A stretch of DNA of 63,613 nt, filler included, from Bacteroidales bacterium (lineage in GTDB: Bacteria; Bacteroidota; Bacteroidia; Bacteroidales; CAIWKO01): NCBI GenBank assembly GCA_035389045.1. It is 4 parts of 4 records of this genome, joined end to end, with 100 filler letters (N's around TTAATTAATTAA, not from the genome) between each part and the next. Parts side by side here need not be neighbours in the genome. Positions count along the whole stretch, not along the records: positions 1 to 20,656 come from DAOORA010000072.1; 3 more parts are not named here. The stretch is one strand, 5' to 3'. Below, piece after piece: positions 8,441 to 18,778 of this stretch. Under the pieces are notes generated by a model that was not told the origin of the DNA, did not search any database, and saw nothing but the letters and a program-made list of their open reading frames with translations. The first letter of the stretch is position 1. Each line of letters begins with the position of its first letter. The position numbers were made by a program, and so were the translations under genes.

Positions 8441-11302
8441 TCATTTACCGCACATCAGCACATACGGGCATAATAAACAGTTGTCTGTATTCTCCGTCTG
8501 AACAAAATCATCAGAAGGATCAAAAAGCCGCATCAGCAGGTCTCTGAGCAAATCTTCAAAATCGGCCAGCTGATCGTTTCCTATTGATTCTATATGTCTG
8601 GATCTTGTATTTTCAGGGTCTTCGTAGTAAAACACGTTTTTCACGCCGTCCTCAATATTTCTGAAACTCCACACGCCGCATTGCTGCTCCGTATATTGGT
8701 TTTCAGGGTTTTCCCTGTTGAACAGCCACCAATACAGAAGCAACTGAAAACAATAATCATTTTTATATTCCTGTTGATCGTTCAGTAAACCGGCAATATT
8801 GAAATTTTTACCCGCTGTGTTGCCGGATTTATAGTCTATGATCTGTAATCTATCACCAATCAGGTCTATCCTGTCCGCAAAACCTTTCAGCAGTATCTGT
8901 TTCACAAAGCTATCGGCAGGCAATTCAAGAGCATAATGAAGATCTTTCTCCGTAAATAAAACTTTATGCAGAATATGGTTCTCACGGTTCTCTTTTACGA
9001 TATCCCGTTGTACTTCAAGGAATTTCCGCAGGTAATCCTTTATCACATTATAAATCAGGAAATTCTTCCCGCTCATGCGGTCGTATGATTTTGGAAGGTC
9101 TTTTTCAAAATTTACCCTAAGTATTTCCTCATATGTTTTTAAAAATCCATCAATAATATCCTCAGTCAGTTCCTTCCCGATAAATGAAGTAAATAATTGG
9201 TCGAGCACTGCATGAATATGGTCACCAAATTCTTTGCTGTCTATGGTTTCGGTTATTTCTTCATTTTCCCATATTCCGGCCACATAACTAAAATAATATT
9301 GCAGTCCGCATTTTCTGAAAACATTAAGCGCAGAGGGTGAAAGCCCTTTTTCTGCAAGCTCCCTGAGCCTTTCGAGGATTTCTTCGTCTTTTTTTATGAT
9401 GATCGGTTGGGGCAAACTCTTCTCCGGTGGAAATGTCACAAACATTTCTTTTATCGTTATTAAAGGATTTTTCTCAGGTAATTCATAGGTCAGCTGGTTG
9501 ATAAAACGGCTCTTTTCGCCGCCGCCCATATCATCGGCCTGTGTGTTGTAAACAAGATATATCCTTTTGCTTCGTTGCATGATGTGATAGAAATGGTAGG
9601 CAAAAATCTCCTCGTTTTGCTTGTACGTCGGCAGGCTTGAATCAACACGTATCCCATGAGGAATGAACGAGGTGGCTGATCTGGCTTTGGGCAGCACACC
9701 CTCATTGACTGACAATAAAAACACCGTATCAAAATCCAGCGTGCGGGTTTCCAGCATTCCCATGATCTGTAAACCATCAAGAGGCTCACCCGCAAAAGGA
9801 ACTGTGGTCTGCGAAACAAACTGAGTGAACATTACATGGAGGGTTTGTACAGTAAGCTGAATATCTGCCGACTCACAGGCCGATTGGATGCGCGAAAGGA
9901 TTTTCAGGGCTGAGAACAGAAATTCGGCATCCAGACCTTGTTTTACAAATATAGTCTGCTTGATAAAATCAATAAACTCCGTCAGACATCTGATTGCAGG
10001 TAAACCTTGCTGATGCCAGGGAACAAAAAGATTGTCAACGGCTTCGGATACCGGATTTATACTCTTTGAAAGCAGGTTATGAATTTCTTTGCGGGTGTAA
10101 AAAATCCGCTCCTGCCCTTTCAGTATTGATAGCAGGCTGCCCTTGCTGCCTGCCGCCGTAATAAAAAAAGCATGATTAAACAGTTTTTGAAGGTCTTTGT
10201 AATAAAACAATGGTTCTAAAGCATTTTTAAATTTGCGGAAACGTTCCGAATTTTCATGCAGGTCAAACAATATCTCTATAAAATTATAAACCGATGAAAG
10301 CCTCATGGGATATCCCATAGTAATATTAAATTTATCAATGCTATCGGGAACCGAATTCAACATGGGAATTAAAAGATTTTCCTCATTTAAAACCACAGAA
10401 ATCTGTTCGCTGCTGATGCCTTCTTCCAGCAGGGAATTTATTTCCTCTGCCGCATATTTTGCTTGTCCTGTTTTTCCTGCCACCGCCACGATGGTGATGC
10501 TTTTTTCCTGTGTCGCAAGATCATTATCGATCCAATGTTTTTTTTGCAGATTCCACTTACCGAGATATTTCCGGATGAAATTCCCGGCTTCCTGCACCGT
10601 ATCATTGATATAGTATTCATCACCGTCCCAAAGCAATTCGGCTTTTCCCTTCTCATAAAAACAATTAACGACAAATTCTTCCGAAGCGCTCAGGGCATTG
10701 AGTCCTGCAAAAACAACAACAGTATGCCGGTTAAGCAGTTCATCCGATTCGTTCAGCCTGCCGGTAAGATGTCTGCAGGCCATACCGTAGGTAGCCATGC
10801 GGGCAGCCTTCATTCGTGCTGTAAAATCAAGATAAATATCGTGAAGCATCCCGTAAAACTCCAGGTAGTTCTTCTGAAAATCGCTCAGAGGCTTACGGTC
10901 AAGAGCCCATAATGCAAGGTTTTTATCTTCTTTTAAATAAGAAAAAACAAATTTTGCATCAGCCAGGTGCTGATCAAGCTCATCAAAATCCTGCAACAAT
11001 TTATTACCCCAGTTCAGAAATTCATCGAAGCTCTCCGCTTGTGATTTTTTTACAGTGGAATAGCTTTTGTATAATTCCATCAAAGAAATGAAATCGTCGG
11101 CCAGGTTCAATCCCGACAGGCCGATAATAAAATCCTGTATTGAAGAGATCTTTGGCAGAAAAACAGGCTTTTCAATGACCTCTGAAACGTGTTTCCTCAG
11201 AAAAAGCCCGGCACGGCGGTTAGGAAGTATTATTTGTAATTCACCGAAATTATCGGCATATTTATCGAAAAGATACCCGGCAGTTTTCCTGAGAAATTCC
11301 AT
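8441..11302 (-). CDS. PD-(D/E)XK nuclease family protein, AddB-like (inactive helicase + nuclease + Fe-S staple)
   Basis: IILPNRRAG, MGMLETRTLDF, LSPSALNVFRKC, GFADRID...IIDYKSG, QLLLY and C-terminal CxxCxxxxxC. Confidence 0.85.
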   Translation of the reverse strand: MEFLRKTAGYLFDKYADNFGELQIILPNRRAGLFLRKHVSEVIEKPVFLPKISSIQDFIIGLSGLNLADDFISLMELYKSYSTVKKSQAESFDEFLNWGNKLLQDFDELDQHLADAKFVFSYLKEDKNLALWALDRKPLSDFQKNYLEFYGMLHDIYLDFTARMKAARMATYGMACRHLTGRLNESDELLNRHTVVVFAGLNALSASEEFVVNCFYEKGKAELLWDGDEYYINDTVQEAGNFIRKYLGKWNLQKKHWIDNDLATQEKSITIVAVAGKTGQAKYAAEEINSLLEEGISSEQISVVLNEENLLIPMLNSVPDSIDKFNITMGYPMRLSSVYNFIEILFDLHENSERFRKFKNALEPLFYYKDLQKLFNHAFFITAAGSKGSLLSILKGQERIFYTRKEIHNLLSKSINPVSEAVDNLFVPWHQQGLPAIRCLTEFIDFIKQTIFVKQGLDAEFLFSALKILSRIQSACESADIQLTVQTLHVMFTQFVSQTTVPFAGEPLDGLQIMGMLETRTLDFDTVFLLSVNEGVLPKARSATSFIPHGIRVDSSLPTYKQNEEIFAYHFYHIMQRSKRIYLVYNTQADDMGGGEKSRFINQLTYELPEKNPLITIKEMFVTFPPEKSLPQPIIIKKDEEILERLRELAEKGLSPSALNVFRKCGLQYYFSYVAGIWENEEITETIDSKEFGDHIHAVLDQLFTSFIGKELTEDIIDGFLKTYEEILRVNFEKDLPKSYDRMSGKNFLIYNVIKDYLRKFLEVQRDIVKENRENHILHKVLFTEKDLHYALELPADSFVKQILLKGFADRIDLIGDRLQIIDYKSGNTAGKNFNIAGLLNDQQEYKNDYCFQLLLYWWLFNRENPENQYTEQQCGVWSFRNIEDGVKNVFYYEDPENTRSRHIESIGNDQLADFEDLLRDLLMRLFDPSDDFVQTENTDNCLLCPYVLMCGK

Positions 11303-11303
11303 G

Positions 11304-12773
11304 TTATTTTTTTATTGCTATTGTTTTTAAACTGTAATATTCGGCATAATCCCTGTTTATCCAATAGGATGTATCCGATTGTATGTCCGTAAAAAATATG
11401 GTTTGCGGTATACTTTGTAATGCATCAGCCTGCAGATCAAGATTTCCGGTATTTGTGGCCTCCTTAATCTTTATATACCGGGATTCCATTTCTGTTTTAT
11501 ATCCGGCCACCTTAAAAAACAAATCATAGTATGCCCGCGTAATGTTGTTCCTGAAATAATACTTCCCGCCTGGCTCCTTAAAGAAATCGGATATGGCAAA
11601 AAGTACGATGCAAACCAGCAATATTCTTTTCAATATATCGGGAAAAACAGGTATTGTGATTTTTTTTCGTACAAAAAAATGACAAAGATTAACCATGTTG
11701 ATGAACCATAACATCATAAAAACAAAAGAAATCAGGGCATGGACGCGCACAGGCGGATTGATCCCCATGCTCAGAAACCCCGGAATGTATAACACTACCA
11801 GTGTCAGCAGAGAAAACACAGACAGTACCCAAGGATTTATCAGGTACCGGTAACGAATACTATTTTTCCGTATCACCTGAACAATAAAAGGAATAACAAT
11901 GATGGTAAGCAATACAAAGGGCGGGCTTTGAAAATGCAATCCGAGCATTTTAGCCACAGCGATGCATGAGCTGATGATGCTCTGCACGTAATTCATTGAC
12001 CCTGAAAAAACCGACATGCGGACATAATTGCCCGGCGCCAGTATCTCAGCGAATGCGAATACCAGTGCATATACGAGTACTAAAGTCATCGTAATTGAGA
12101 TTTTTCGGTTGACATAGGTACTTCCGGACCAAAACAGTAGAAGTATGCCACAGATCAAAACCATGCTGATTTCATTAAGTCCTATGATGACAAAAGCAAG
12201 TAAAATCAACAGGATGGCAAGAGGTATCTTATGTTTCCGGGGACTGTGTATAATCCTGATGAGAATTGCCAGAAAAAATAAGGTAAAAGCATTTGCCAGC
12301 AGATATTCCACACCTGCCGGATACCAGTAGATACCTTCACCGGTTGATGGAAATGTGTTGATATACAACACAAAAAATACAAGCGAAAACAAAAACATTT
12401 CCTGCTTCTTCAGAAAACTATTCAGCAGTGTGCAAAAAAAATAATAACCAGAGAGAAATAGCAACGTCAGTAGCACCGGCGGAATCATTCGGTATATAAT
12501 TATACATCTCAGTGGGTTAAGTGCTTCGAGGAAGTTAGCCGAATAACGCCCTGTCCAGTTCAGATAAATGTATTTCTGGTATGCAAAGTAACCATGTTGC
12601 TGTGTTAAATTAAAAACACTGTAATCGTCAGCAGAGGGATAAACAAAAAAAGACAGAAAAAATAAAGGGGCTATCAGGATCAGCAATAGAATTATCCAGA
12701 AATATAGACTGTTTAGAATTTTCATTATAAATAAAAACCAAAAATAATCATTTCCGCTAAATTGAAAAAACAC
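11304..12773 (-). CDS. Polytopic membrane protein, DUF6056-like (putative GT-C fold glycosyltransferase)
   Basis: More than 10 hydrophobic segments; N-terminal loop PSADDY...YLNWTGRY; LAPGNYVR motif. Confidence 0.65.
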   Translation of the reverse strand: MFFQFSGNDYFWFLFIMKILNSLYFWIILLLILIAPLFFLSFFVYPSADDYSVFNLTQQHGYFAYQKYIYLNWTGRYSANFLEALNPLRCIIIYRMIPPVLLTLLFLSGYYFFCTLLNSFLKKQEMFLFSLVFFVLYINTFPSTGEGIYWYPAGVEYLLANAFTLFFLAILIRIIHSPRKHKIPLAILLILLAFVIIGLNEISMVLICGILLLFWSGSTYVNRKISITMTLVLVYALVFAFAEILAPGNYVRMSVFSGSMNYVQSIISSCIAVAKMLGLHFQSPPFVLLTIIVIPFIVQVIRKNSIRYRYLINPWVLSVFSLLTLVVLYIPGFLSMGINPPVRVHALISFVFMMLWFINMVNLCHFFVRKKITIPVFPDILKRILLVCIVLFAISDFFKEPGGKYYFRNNITRAYYDLFFKVAGYKTEMESRYIKIKEATNTGNLDLQADALQSIPQTIFFTDIQSDTSYWINRDYAEYYSLKTIAIKK

Positions 12774-12877
12774 CTCGTGATCTAACCTGAAACCGCACAG
12801 CGTGTTGCATTCTAATCATAACGATTAACTCTCGACTTAACAAATAAATGGTAAATAAATATATTAAAAAGCCGGTT

Positions 12878-14092
12878 TTATTTCAGCTTTGCCGCAATAA
12901 ATCCAGTTGTCCAGGCACACTGAAAATTATATCCTCCGGTAATGCCATCAATATCAAGTATTTCACCCGCAAAATACAGGTTCCGGCAAACCCGGCTCTG
13001 CATGGTTTTCATGTCAATACTACCCAGGCTGACACCTCCGCAGGTCACAAATTCTTCTCGGAAAGTTGTCTGCCCTTTAACGGAATAAACGTCGTTGGTA
13101 AGCACACTGCTTAGCTGGTTCATCCCTTTTCTGCCCAGCCCTCCCCACGTCATTTTTCCTGAAAGTCCGCATTTTTCAACCAGATAATTCCACAACCTTG
13201 CCGGTAATGCATATGGTCGGTAGTTAGATATAATTTTATCGGTATGTATTGCAGCGATGCATTTTAACTCATTTGACACCGTATCGTTATTTCGTTCGTT
13301 AACCCAGTTCACCTGAATTTTAAAATCATATCCCTTTTCATGTAATATCCTAGCTCCGTAAGATGACAGATTTATAACCGCCGGCCCGCTCATGCCCCAG
13401 TGCGTGATGAGCAAAGGCCCTTCCGACTTCAGGTTGGTTCCCTGTATGCTCACCATAGTGTTTTCAACCACAACACCCATCAGGCAGGTAACAGGCTCAT
13501 CAGGCATATTAAAAGTAAACAGGGAAGGCACAGGATCTGAAATCTCATGGCCCAGATTTTCCAGCCACAGCAAACCGCTTTTCCGGGGGGAACCTCCGGT
13601 GGTCACGATCACCTTATCAAAAATCAGCGGGGAGGATCCATCCTTTTCGAATATCACTTCCAGACTGTTTTCCACCGGCCTGACAGCTTTGATGCCGGCA
13701 CCTTTTCTGATTTCAATACCCATACGTTTCGTTTCCCTATAAAAACAATCAATAATGCTTGATGAACTTTGTGATGCCGGAAAGACACATCCGTCATCCT
13801 GAATAACCAATGGTACACCCCTCACCTCAAACCAGCTCATTACATCATTGTTGTTAAAAACATGAAAGATCTTTTTCAGATTTCTGCCTCCGCGGGGATA
13901 GCCATCACATAACTCATCGACAGTACTGCAGGCATGGGTTACATTACATCTCCCGCCTCCGGAGATTTTCACTTTGTACAATACCCGCTGCAATTTTTCG
14001 AAAATTACTACTTCGGCAAACGGGAAGTTCTCTTTAACGGCTAAAGCCGAAAAAAAACCCGCTGCGCCACCGCCAATGACCGCTATTTTCAC
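12878..14092 (-). CDS. HI0933/BaiN family NAD(P)/FAD-dependent oxidoreductase
   Basis: IGGGAAG, KVKISGGGRCNVT, LITHWGMSGPA and GEILDIDGITGGYNFQ motifs. Confidence 0.92.
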   Translation of the reverse strand: MKIAVIGGGAAGFFSALAVKENFPFAEVVIFEKLQRVLYKVKISGGGRCNVTHACSTVDELCDGYPRGGRNLKKIFHVFNNNDVMSWFEVRGVPLVIQDDGCVFPASQSSSSIIDCFYRETKRMGIEIRKGAGIKAVRPVENSLEVIFEKDGSSPLIFDKVIVTTGGSPRKSGLLWLENLGHEISDPVPSLFTFNMPDEPVTCLMGVVVENTMVSIQGTNLKSEGPLLITHWGMSGPAVINLSSYGARILHEKGYDFKIQVNWVNERNNDTVSNELKCIAAIHTDKIISNYRPYALPARLWNYLVEKCGLSGKMTWGGLGRKGMNQLSSVLTNDVYSVKGQTTFREEFVTCGGVSLGSIDMKTMQSRVCRNLYFAGEILDIDGITGGYNFQCAWTTGFIAAKLK

Positions 14093-14292
14093 GTATTAAT
14101 ATTTCAGATTCTTTTGCAATATTAATAAACTCTCAGGAACCCCGGCAAATATTTTCAAACTATGGCATAAACCACCCTGCATCGTCTTGTCACTACATTC
14201 ATCTGAGCTCATGAAATATAGAGAACAACCTGATTTACAGCATTTCGCTGCAAAACGATACCGTAGAGAGATAAAAAGATCAACTGTCCGGA

Positions 14293-17200
14293 TCAATGAA
14301 TCAAATTCAATAGTATTGATTTTGACTGATCTTTTCCGGTAAATTCCAACTTAAATGCATACATACCTGCAGGCAGGTCCTTGCCTGAAAACACTAAAGT
14401 GTGATTTCCACTGCTCTGCAATGCATTCACAAGTTCAGACACCATTTCTCCAATTGCATTATACACACTTAGCCGAACGGTTCCGTTATCAGGAATAGCG
14501 TATGATAAAGTGACCTCGCCATTGAATGGATTAGGATGTCCGGCAAAAACAAATCCATCCGTGCTATTGTTGCCCCGGACAAATATTCTGGGCATTATCA
14601 GATAAGCTTCATCATTCTCCTGTCCATACTGGTTGCCTATTATGCCCGTTCCCGACAGTTCAAATTCTATTTCCCCTGCATCATGATTTTTCAGCGGGCT
14701 GAAGCCTAATGTTATAATTTCATCATTTGCCGCAACATCAAAGTGATTTGTGGTAGCAAAAACCACCCTTATGACGCCGTTTTCATCTGTTACGAGGAGA
14801 TCGTTATCATCAGCGATGATCTCCTCCAGTGAAGGATTGATCTTTACTGTTCCGTTTTTATCTGTGGTATTAGGCATAGTGACCCTTACGAGTTTGAATT
14901 TATCAGTTGGGTAACTTAATTCCAGTCCCATGGCCGAGAATTCATTCATTTTTGTGCTCATACGCAAGGGAATTTCAAAATAGGCGGCATCATTCACGGT
15001 AATATACTCATCCGAACGGAAAATGATATCAGCGGGTATTGACTTAACTCCGCTCCAGTTATCCGCAGAATCGCGGTATTTGCTGCTTGAAGCATTATAA
15101 TCACCGTAGCAGATCGTTTTCAGGTCAACAACCAAGCCCGTAGCAGCAACGATTATGACCGTATCCAAAGCCACCCAGTTGCCTTTCGGGAAGTTTCTGA
15201 GCGGATTGTATGGCGCACCAATCTTTGCTTTGATCCTTGAAATATCTATGGCATTTATCGCTGAATTATTATCAACATCGCCGGCTTTCTTATATTTTGC
15301 TGAGAAATTCCTGGAGGGATCAGTAATCGTATCTACTCCAATATAATACTTAAGCATGGTTACATCTATCGCATCTATTCCATTGCCGGCCTGCATGCTG
15401 TCGGCGGTGTATTTATCATAGGAAAGGATGTATTCTCCATTCGGAATGCTTGTGAATTCATAAAATCCGTGTACATCACTGGTATCCCGGGCCAATTCAA
15501 CTCCGTCATATAATGATCTGAGTATAACGATAACGTTATCGATATTGTAAATTGCAGGATTATAAGTCGGAGGATTAGGTGCGGGGTTGCCTGCATTGGC
15601 CTTGCCTGCATAACGTGTCCTGCCGCCGATGGCAGCTCCGGGAGGATTTACCGTGACATTAAACAGGCAATGCGCTACATTTCCGCATGAATCCATTGCC
15701 ATCCAGTCGATTGTTGTAAGCCCCAGCGGAAGCGCCATACCTGCCAGAGTACTATCACCATTGAGAGAATTATAAGGAATTACTTTACAACAAATATCAA
15801 AGCAATCCAACGGATCAAATTCATCGCCAACAACCGTATAGATAAGGTCGGCCGGGTTGGCCGTTCTGATCTGGTCGGGCGGACAAGCGATCAGGGGAGG
15901 CATCAGATCAACAATAGTAAAAGTGGCTGTGGTCTCCGATTTATTTCCGCAAATATCCGTTGCTGTAAAAGTCACTGTTGCATAACCTGTTTTTCCACAA
16001 GTATAAGTAAAACCAGTATAATTATTGCTCCAAAAGACCGTATCAAGTGTAGAGTCGGCAACAGCGCCACCATTAGATTCGAGCCATGTATTCAATTGTG
16101 CCATATTTATAAGGGGATCACACATGACAACCATATCCTGTGCAGGTGATACGATAAGTGAATCTCTATACGGACAAGGATCGGGCACGGCAATCAAATT
16201 GGCTGTATTTGGAAAGAAAGCAATAGCCAGTGAGGCCGGATTGTTCAAAAAGCCTAAGCCATAAAAATTTAAAGGATTTCCCTCATAATCATAGCGTATC
16301 ATACCCGGAAGGCCTATCATGTAGTCGCTCCCCCCCACTGCATACAATCCATGGTGGTCAACCATTTGCATATCGTTGAAATTCATAATCGGGTCTTCGA
16401 TAAAATAAGGATGTCCGTTATGCGGAATCAATTGGCCATCAATAGTAAAAGTGTATATCCTGTGATTCCCGGTACTAGCCACCCAGACATTCCACCAGGA
16501 ATCCACAAAAATTCCTTCGGGGTCATTTAAATGTGGAAGCCCGAAAGCACCATGATGACTTCCGGTACCCATATCAAGGCTGGTATTAAAGCGATAAACC
16601 TGCCGGGTTGCACTATCGGTTACAAAAATATCATAGATGGTCCCGTCCGAATATAAACATTGCCGAGGTTTGTTACGAAAGACTGCTACATCTGTCGGAC
16701 GGAAATTCAATATCATCAGGAAATATTCCCCCATCAGCATAAAATCAGCGTTATATCGTAGTACATGTCCCCGGGCAGCCACAAATATTTCACCTGTTTC
16801 CTTGTCAATATCGATACCTTTTGGATCTATCAACTCAGGACCTGAATACATATTTATCAGTGTACCGGCCTGATTATAAACTCGTATCTGGTCGTTATAA
16901 GGCAAATCTTCGGTAATGTAAATATTACCGTTACCGTCGAATGCTGTTGCTGTGGGATTGCCCGGAATCATTTCCAGGTTATTAATCAGTACCGAATGAC
17001 TAAAATCACTCTGATAGGTAAGGACAGGAAAATTATTACCCGGGTCAGCAATGGCAATCAATCCGCTGTCGAATTTGCAGGGAACTTTTTCTTTGTACCA
17101 CATAAACTCAGGATTTAAACCCCAACCTTTTGAACCGACCACAATATAAGTCCCATCAGAACGGCGGATCTTTAGAAAAATAGTATCACCCTTCCATATC

Positions 17201-17763
17201 ACCCGTTCGCCGGCATGTGTAACGCCATGAGCACCCATCTCTTCTTCCTCGGCAGTAATGCCGTTTTCATGTGCATCTTCATAGGTCAGGCTATCCCTCA
17301 CCGATGTAAATACTTCTGTTATCTCGTGCATCAGCACCATATCCGGTGTGAATCCGTTGGAATCATTAACATTTCCCATATTTTCAAGATCATCAATATC
17401 TATCAGCTGCGTTCCTGTAGAAACCCCGCCAACACCGGGCTGAAAGCCCCCAAGAAAAACCTGGGGACTATTATCAACTATCTGAAGTGTGACACTGACT
17501 GATGTATCGTTAATCATGTTCCTTAACCGCGTCGCTGAAGCATTGCCTCCGGTATCAATAGACATGACGCCGGTGGTTGTGTCAATGGTGACCGTAGTTC
17601 CAAGTGATTTCGATAACCAGTCAGCCAATTCCTTCTGCTGATCAGGAGTCCCCTGAACTTTGACTTCCGCATAAGAATTAATGCTGATAAGCCCTATAAT
17701 AGCAGCAAATAGTGCTATTAGAATAACAATGTTTTTAATAATTGTGTAATTTGAATGGTTCAT
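14293..17763 (-). CDS. Secreted multidomain T9SS type A cargo (peptidase-like head, NHL propeller, HYR-like, dockerin-like, cohesin-like, CTD)
   Basis: Signal peptide; MHEITE...AHE; NHL-like P.GI.VD repeats; GDVDNNSAINAID; C-terminal HPNPFN...VYNAIGEMV...LPAGMY. Confidence 0.8.
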   Translation of the reverse strand: MNHSNYTIIKNIVILIALFAAIIGLISINSYAEVKVQGTPDQQKELADWLSKSLGTTVTIDTTTGVMSIDTGGNASATRLRNMINDTSVSVTLQIVDNSPQVFLGGFQPGVGGVSTGTQLIDIDDLENMGNVNDSNGFTPDMVLMHEITEVFTSVRDSLTYEDAHENGITAEEEEMGAHGVTHAGERVIWKGDTIFLKIRRSDGTYIVVGSKGWGLNPEFMWYKEKVPCKFDSGLIAIADPGNNFPVLTYQSDFSHSVLINNLEMIPGNPTATAFDGNGNIYITEDLPYNDQIRVYNQAGTLINMYSGPELIDPKGIDIDKETGEIFVAARGHVLRYNADFMLMGEYFLMILNFRPTDVAVFRNKPRQCLYSDGTIYDIFVTDSATRQVYRFNTSLDMGTGSHHGAFGLPHLNDPEGIFVDSWWNVWVASTGNHRIYTFTIDGQLIPHNGHPYFIEDPIMNFNDMQMVDHHGLYAVGGSDYMIGLPGMIRYDYEGNPLNFYGLGFLNNPASLAIAFFPNTANLIAVPDPCPYRDSLIVSPAQDMVVMCDPLINMAQLNTWLESNGGAVADSTLDTVFWSNNYTGFTYTCGKTGYATVTFTATDICGNKSETTATFTIVDLMPPLIACPPDQIRTANPADLIYTVVGDEFDPLDCFDICCKVIPYNSLNGDSTLAGMALPLGLTTIDWMAMDSCGNVAHCLFNVTVNPPGAAIGGRTRYAGKANAGNPAPNPPTYNPAIYNIDNVIVILRSLYDGVELARDTSDVHGFYEFTSIPNGEYILSYDKYTADSMQAGNGIDAIDVTMLKYYIGVDTITDPSRNFSAKYKKAGDVDNNSAINAIDISRIKAKIGAPYNPLRNFPKGNWVALDTVIIVAATGLVVDLKTICYGDYNASSSKYRDSADNWSGVKSIPADIIFRSDEYITVNDAAYFEIPLRMSTKMNEFSAMGLELSYPTDKFKLVRVTMPNTTDKNGTVKINPSLEEIIADDNDLLVTDENGVIRVVFATTNHFDVAANDEIITLGFSPLKNHDAGEIEFELSGTGIIGNQYGQENDEAYLIMPRIFVRGNNSTDGFVFAGHPNPFNGEVTLSYAIPDNGTVRLSVYNAIGEMVSELVNALQSSGNHTLVFSGKDLPAGMYAFKLEFTGKDQSKSILLNLIH

Positions 17764-18058
17764 AATGATTCCTCCATATTAAAATTGTATTTATAACACT
17801 TCATTTTACATGTGGTAATAAATTCAACATATCGAATATACCATTTCGTATATATAACTAAATGTTAATGTACATATTAGTTTGTACAAATTTAAACATA
17901 TATTAGTTTAAAAACAAATTTTTAACAAAACATTATTTTAATTAAATCAAACAGGAAATGAATCATGACACAATTCCTTGTATAGAGATTACAAGAACTT
18001 TAAGCAAAAAAATCGTTGCTATGGATTTTATCCAGCGTTTTAGAAACCTGAAGTTGTT

Positions 18059-18778
18059 TTATTCACCGAAAAAGATCTTCTCAGCCTCCCCTATGCGCTC
18101 CGGCTTACCGATATCAAACCACAGAGCATTATCGTTGTATACCACAATTTTATGATCTTCAGCAATATCCAGGTACAGGTCGGTAAGCGAGAATTTCCCT
18201 TTTTTGGTACAGACTCTGAATATTTCAGGATTAAGCATCTGAATACCGCTGAATGCGGCTTCGGTAAGTTTTTCCCCGTAGCGCACCACGATTTTTTCGC
18301 CTTTTGCTTTGTTTATCCACCCGCACAGCACCTGATTTTTATCAATCAGAAGATAACGGGCAGTATCTCGTTTTTTTACAACCAGCGTAGCTAATGATTT
18401 AATACGGGAGTGATACATTTCTAGTCTATGAAGATCGGTTTTGGAAAGCACATCAACATTATGCACCAGAAAGGGTTTGCCGTCGTCAAAAAAATAAGAG
18501 GCTTTCATCAGGCCGCCTCCCGTATCGAGTAAGGCATCGCGTTCGTCAGAAACCTCAATACGTATCCCGAAATTTTTATTTTGCTTCAGAAAATCTATGA
18601 TCTGTCCTGCAAAATGATGTACATTGATGATTATCTCAGAGATTCCAAAACATTTCAGATTTTCTATCACATGTTCAATCATGGGTTTCCCGTTGACAAG
18701 CACCAGGGCTTTGGGTTTATCTTCAGTAAGTTTTCCCAGTCGGGTACCCTTCCCCGCGGCTAATATCATTGCTTTCAT
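18059..18778 (-). CDS. Nucleotidyltransferase, MurU-like (MurNAc-1-P uridylyltransferase)
   Basis: MKAMILAAGKGTRL...KPKAL, LLDTGGGL and WFDIGKPE; overlaps the AmgK-like gene by 4 bp. Confidence 0.85.
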   Translation of the reverse strand: MKAMILAAGKGTRLGKLTEDKPKALVLVNGKPMIEHVIENLKCFGISEIIINVHHFAGQIIDFLKQNKNFGIRIEVSDERDALLDTGGGLMKASYFFDDGKPFLVHNVDVLSKTDLHRLEMYHSRIKSLATLVVKKRDTARYLLIDKNQVLCGWINKAKGEKIVVRYGEKLTEAAFSGIQMLNPEIFRVCTKKGKFSLTDLYLDIAEDHKIVVYNDNALWFDIGKPERIGEAEKIFFGE

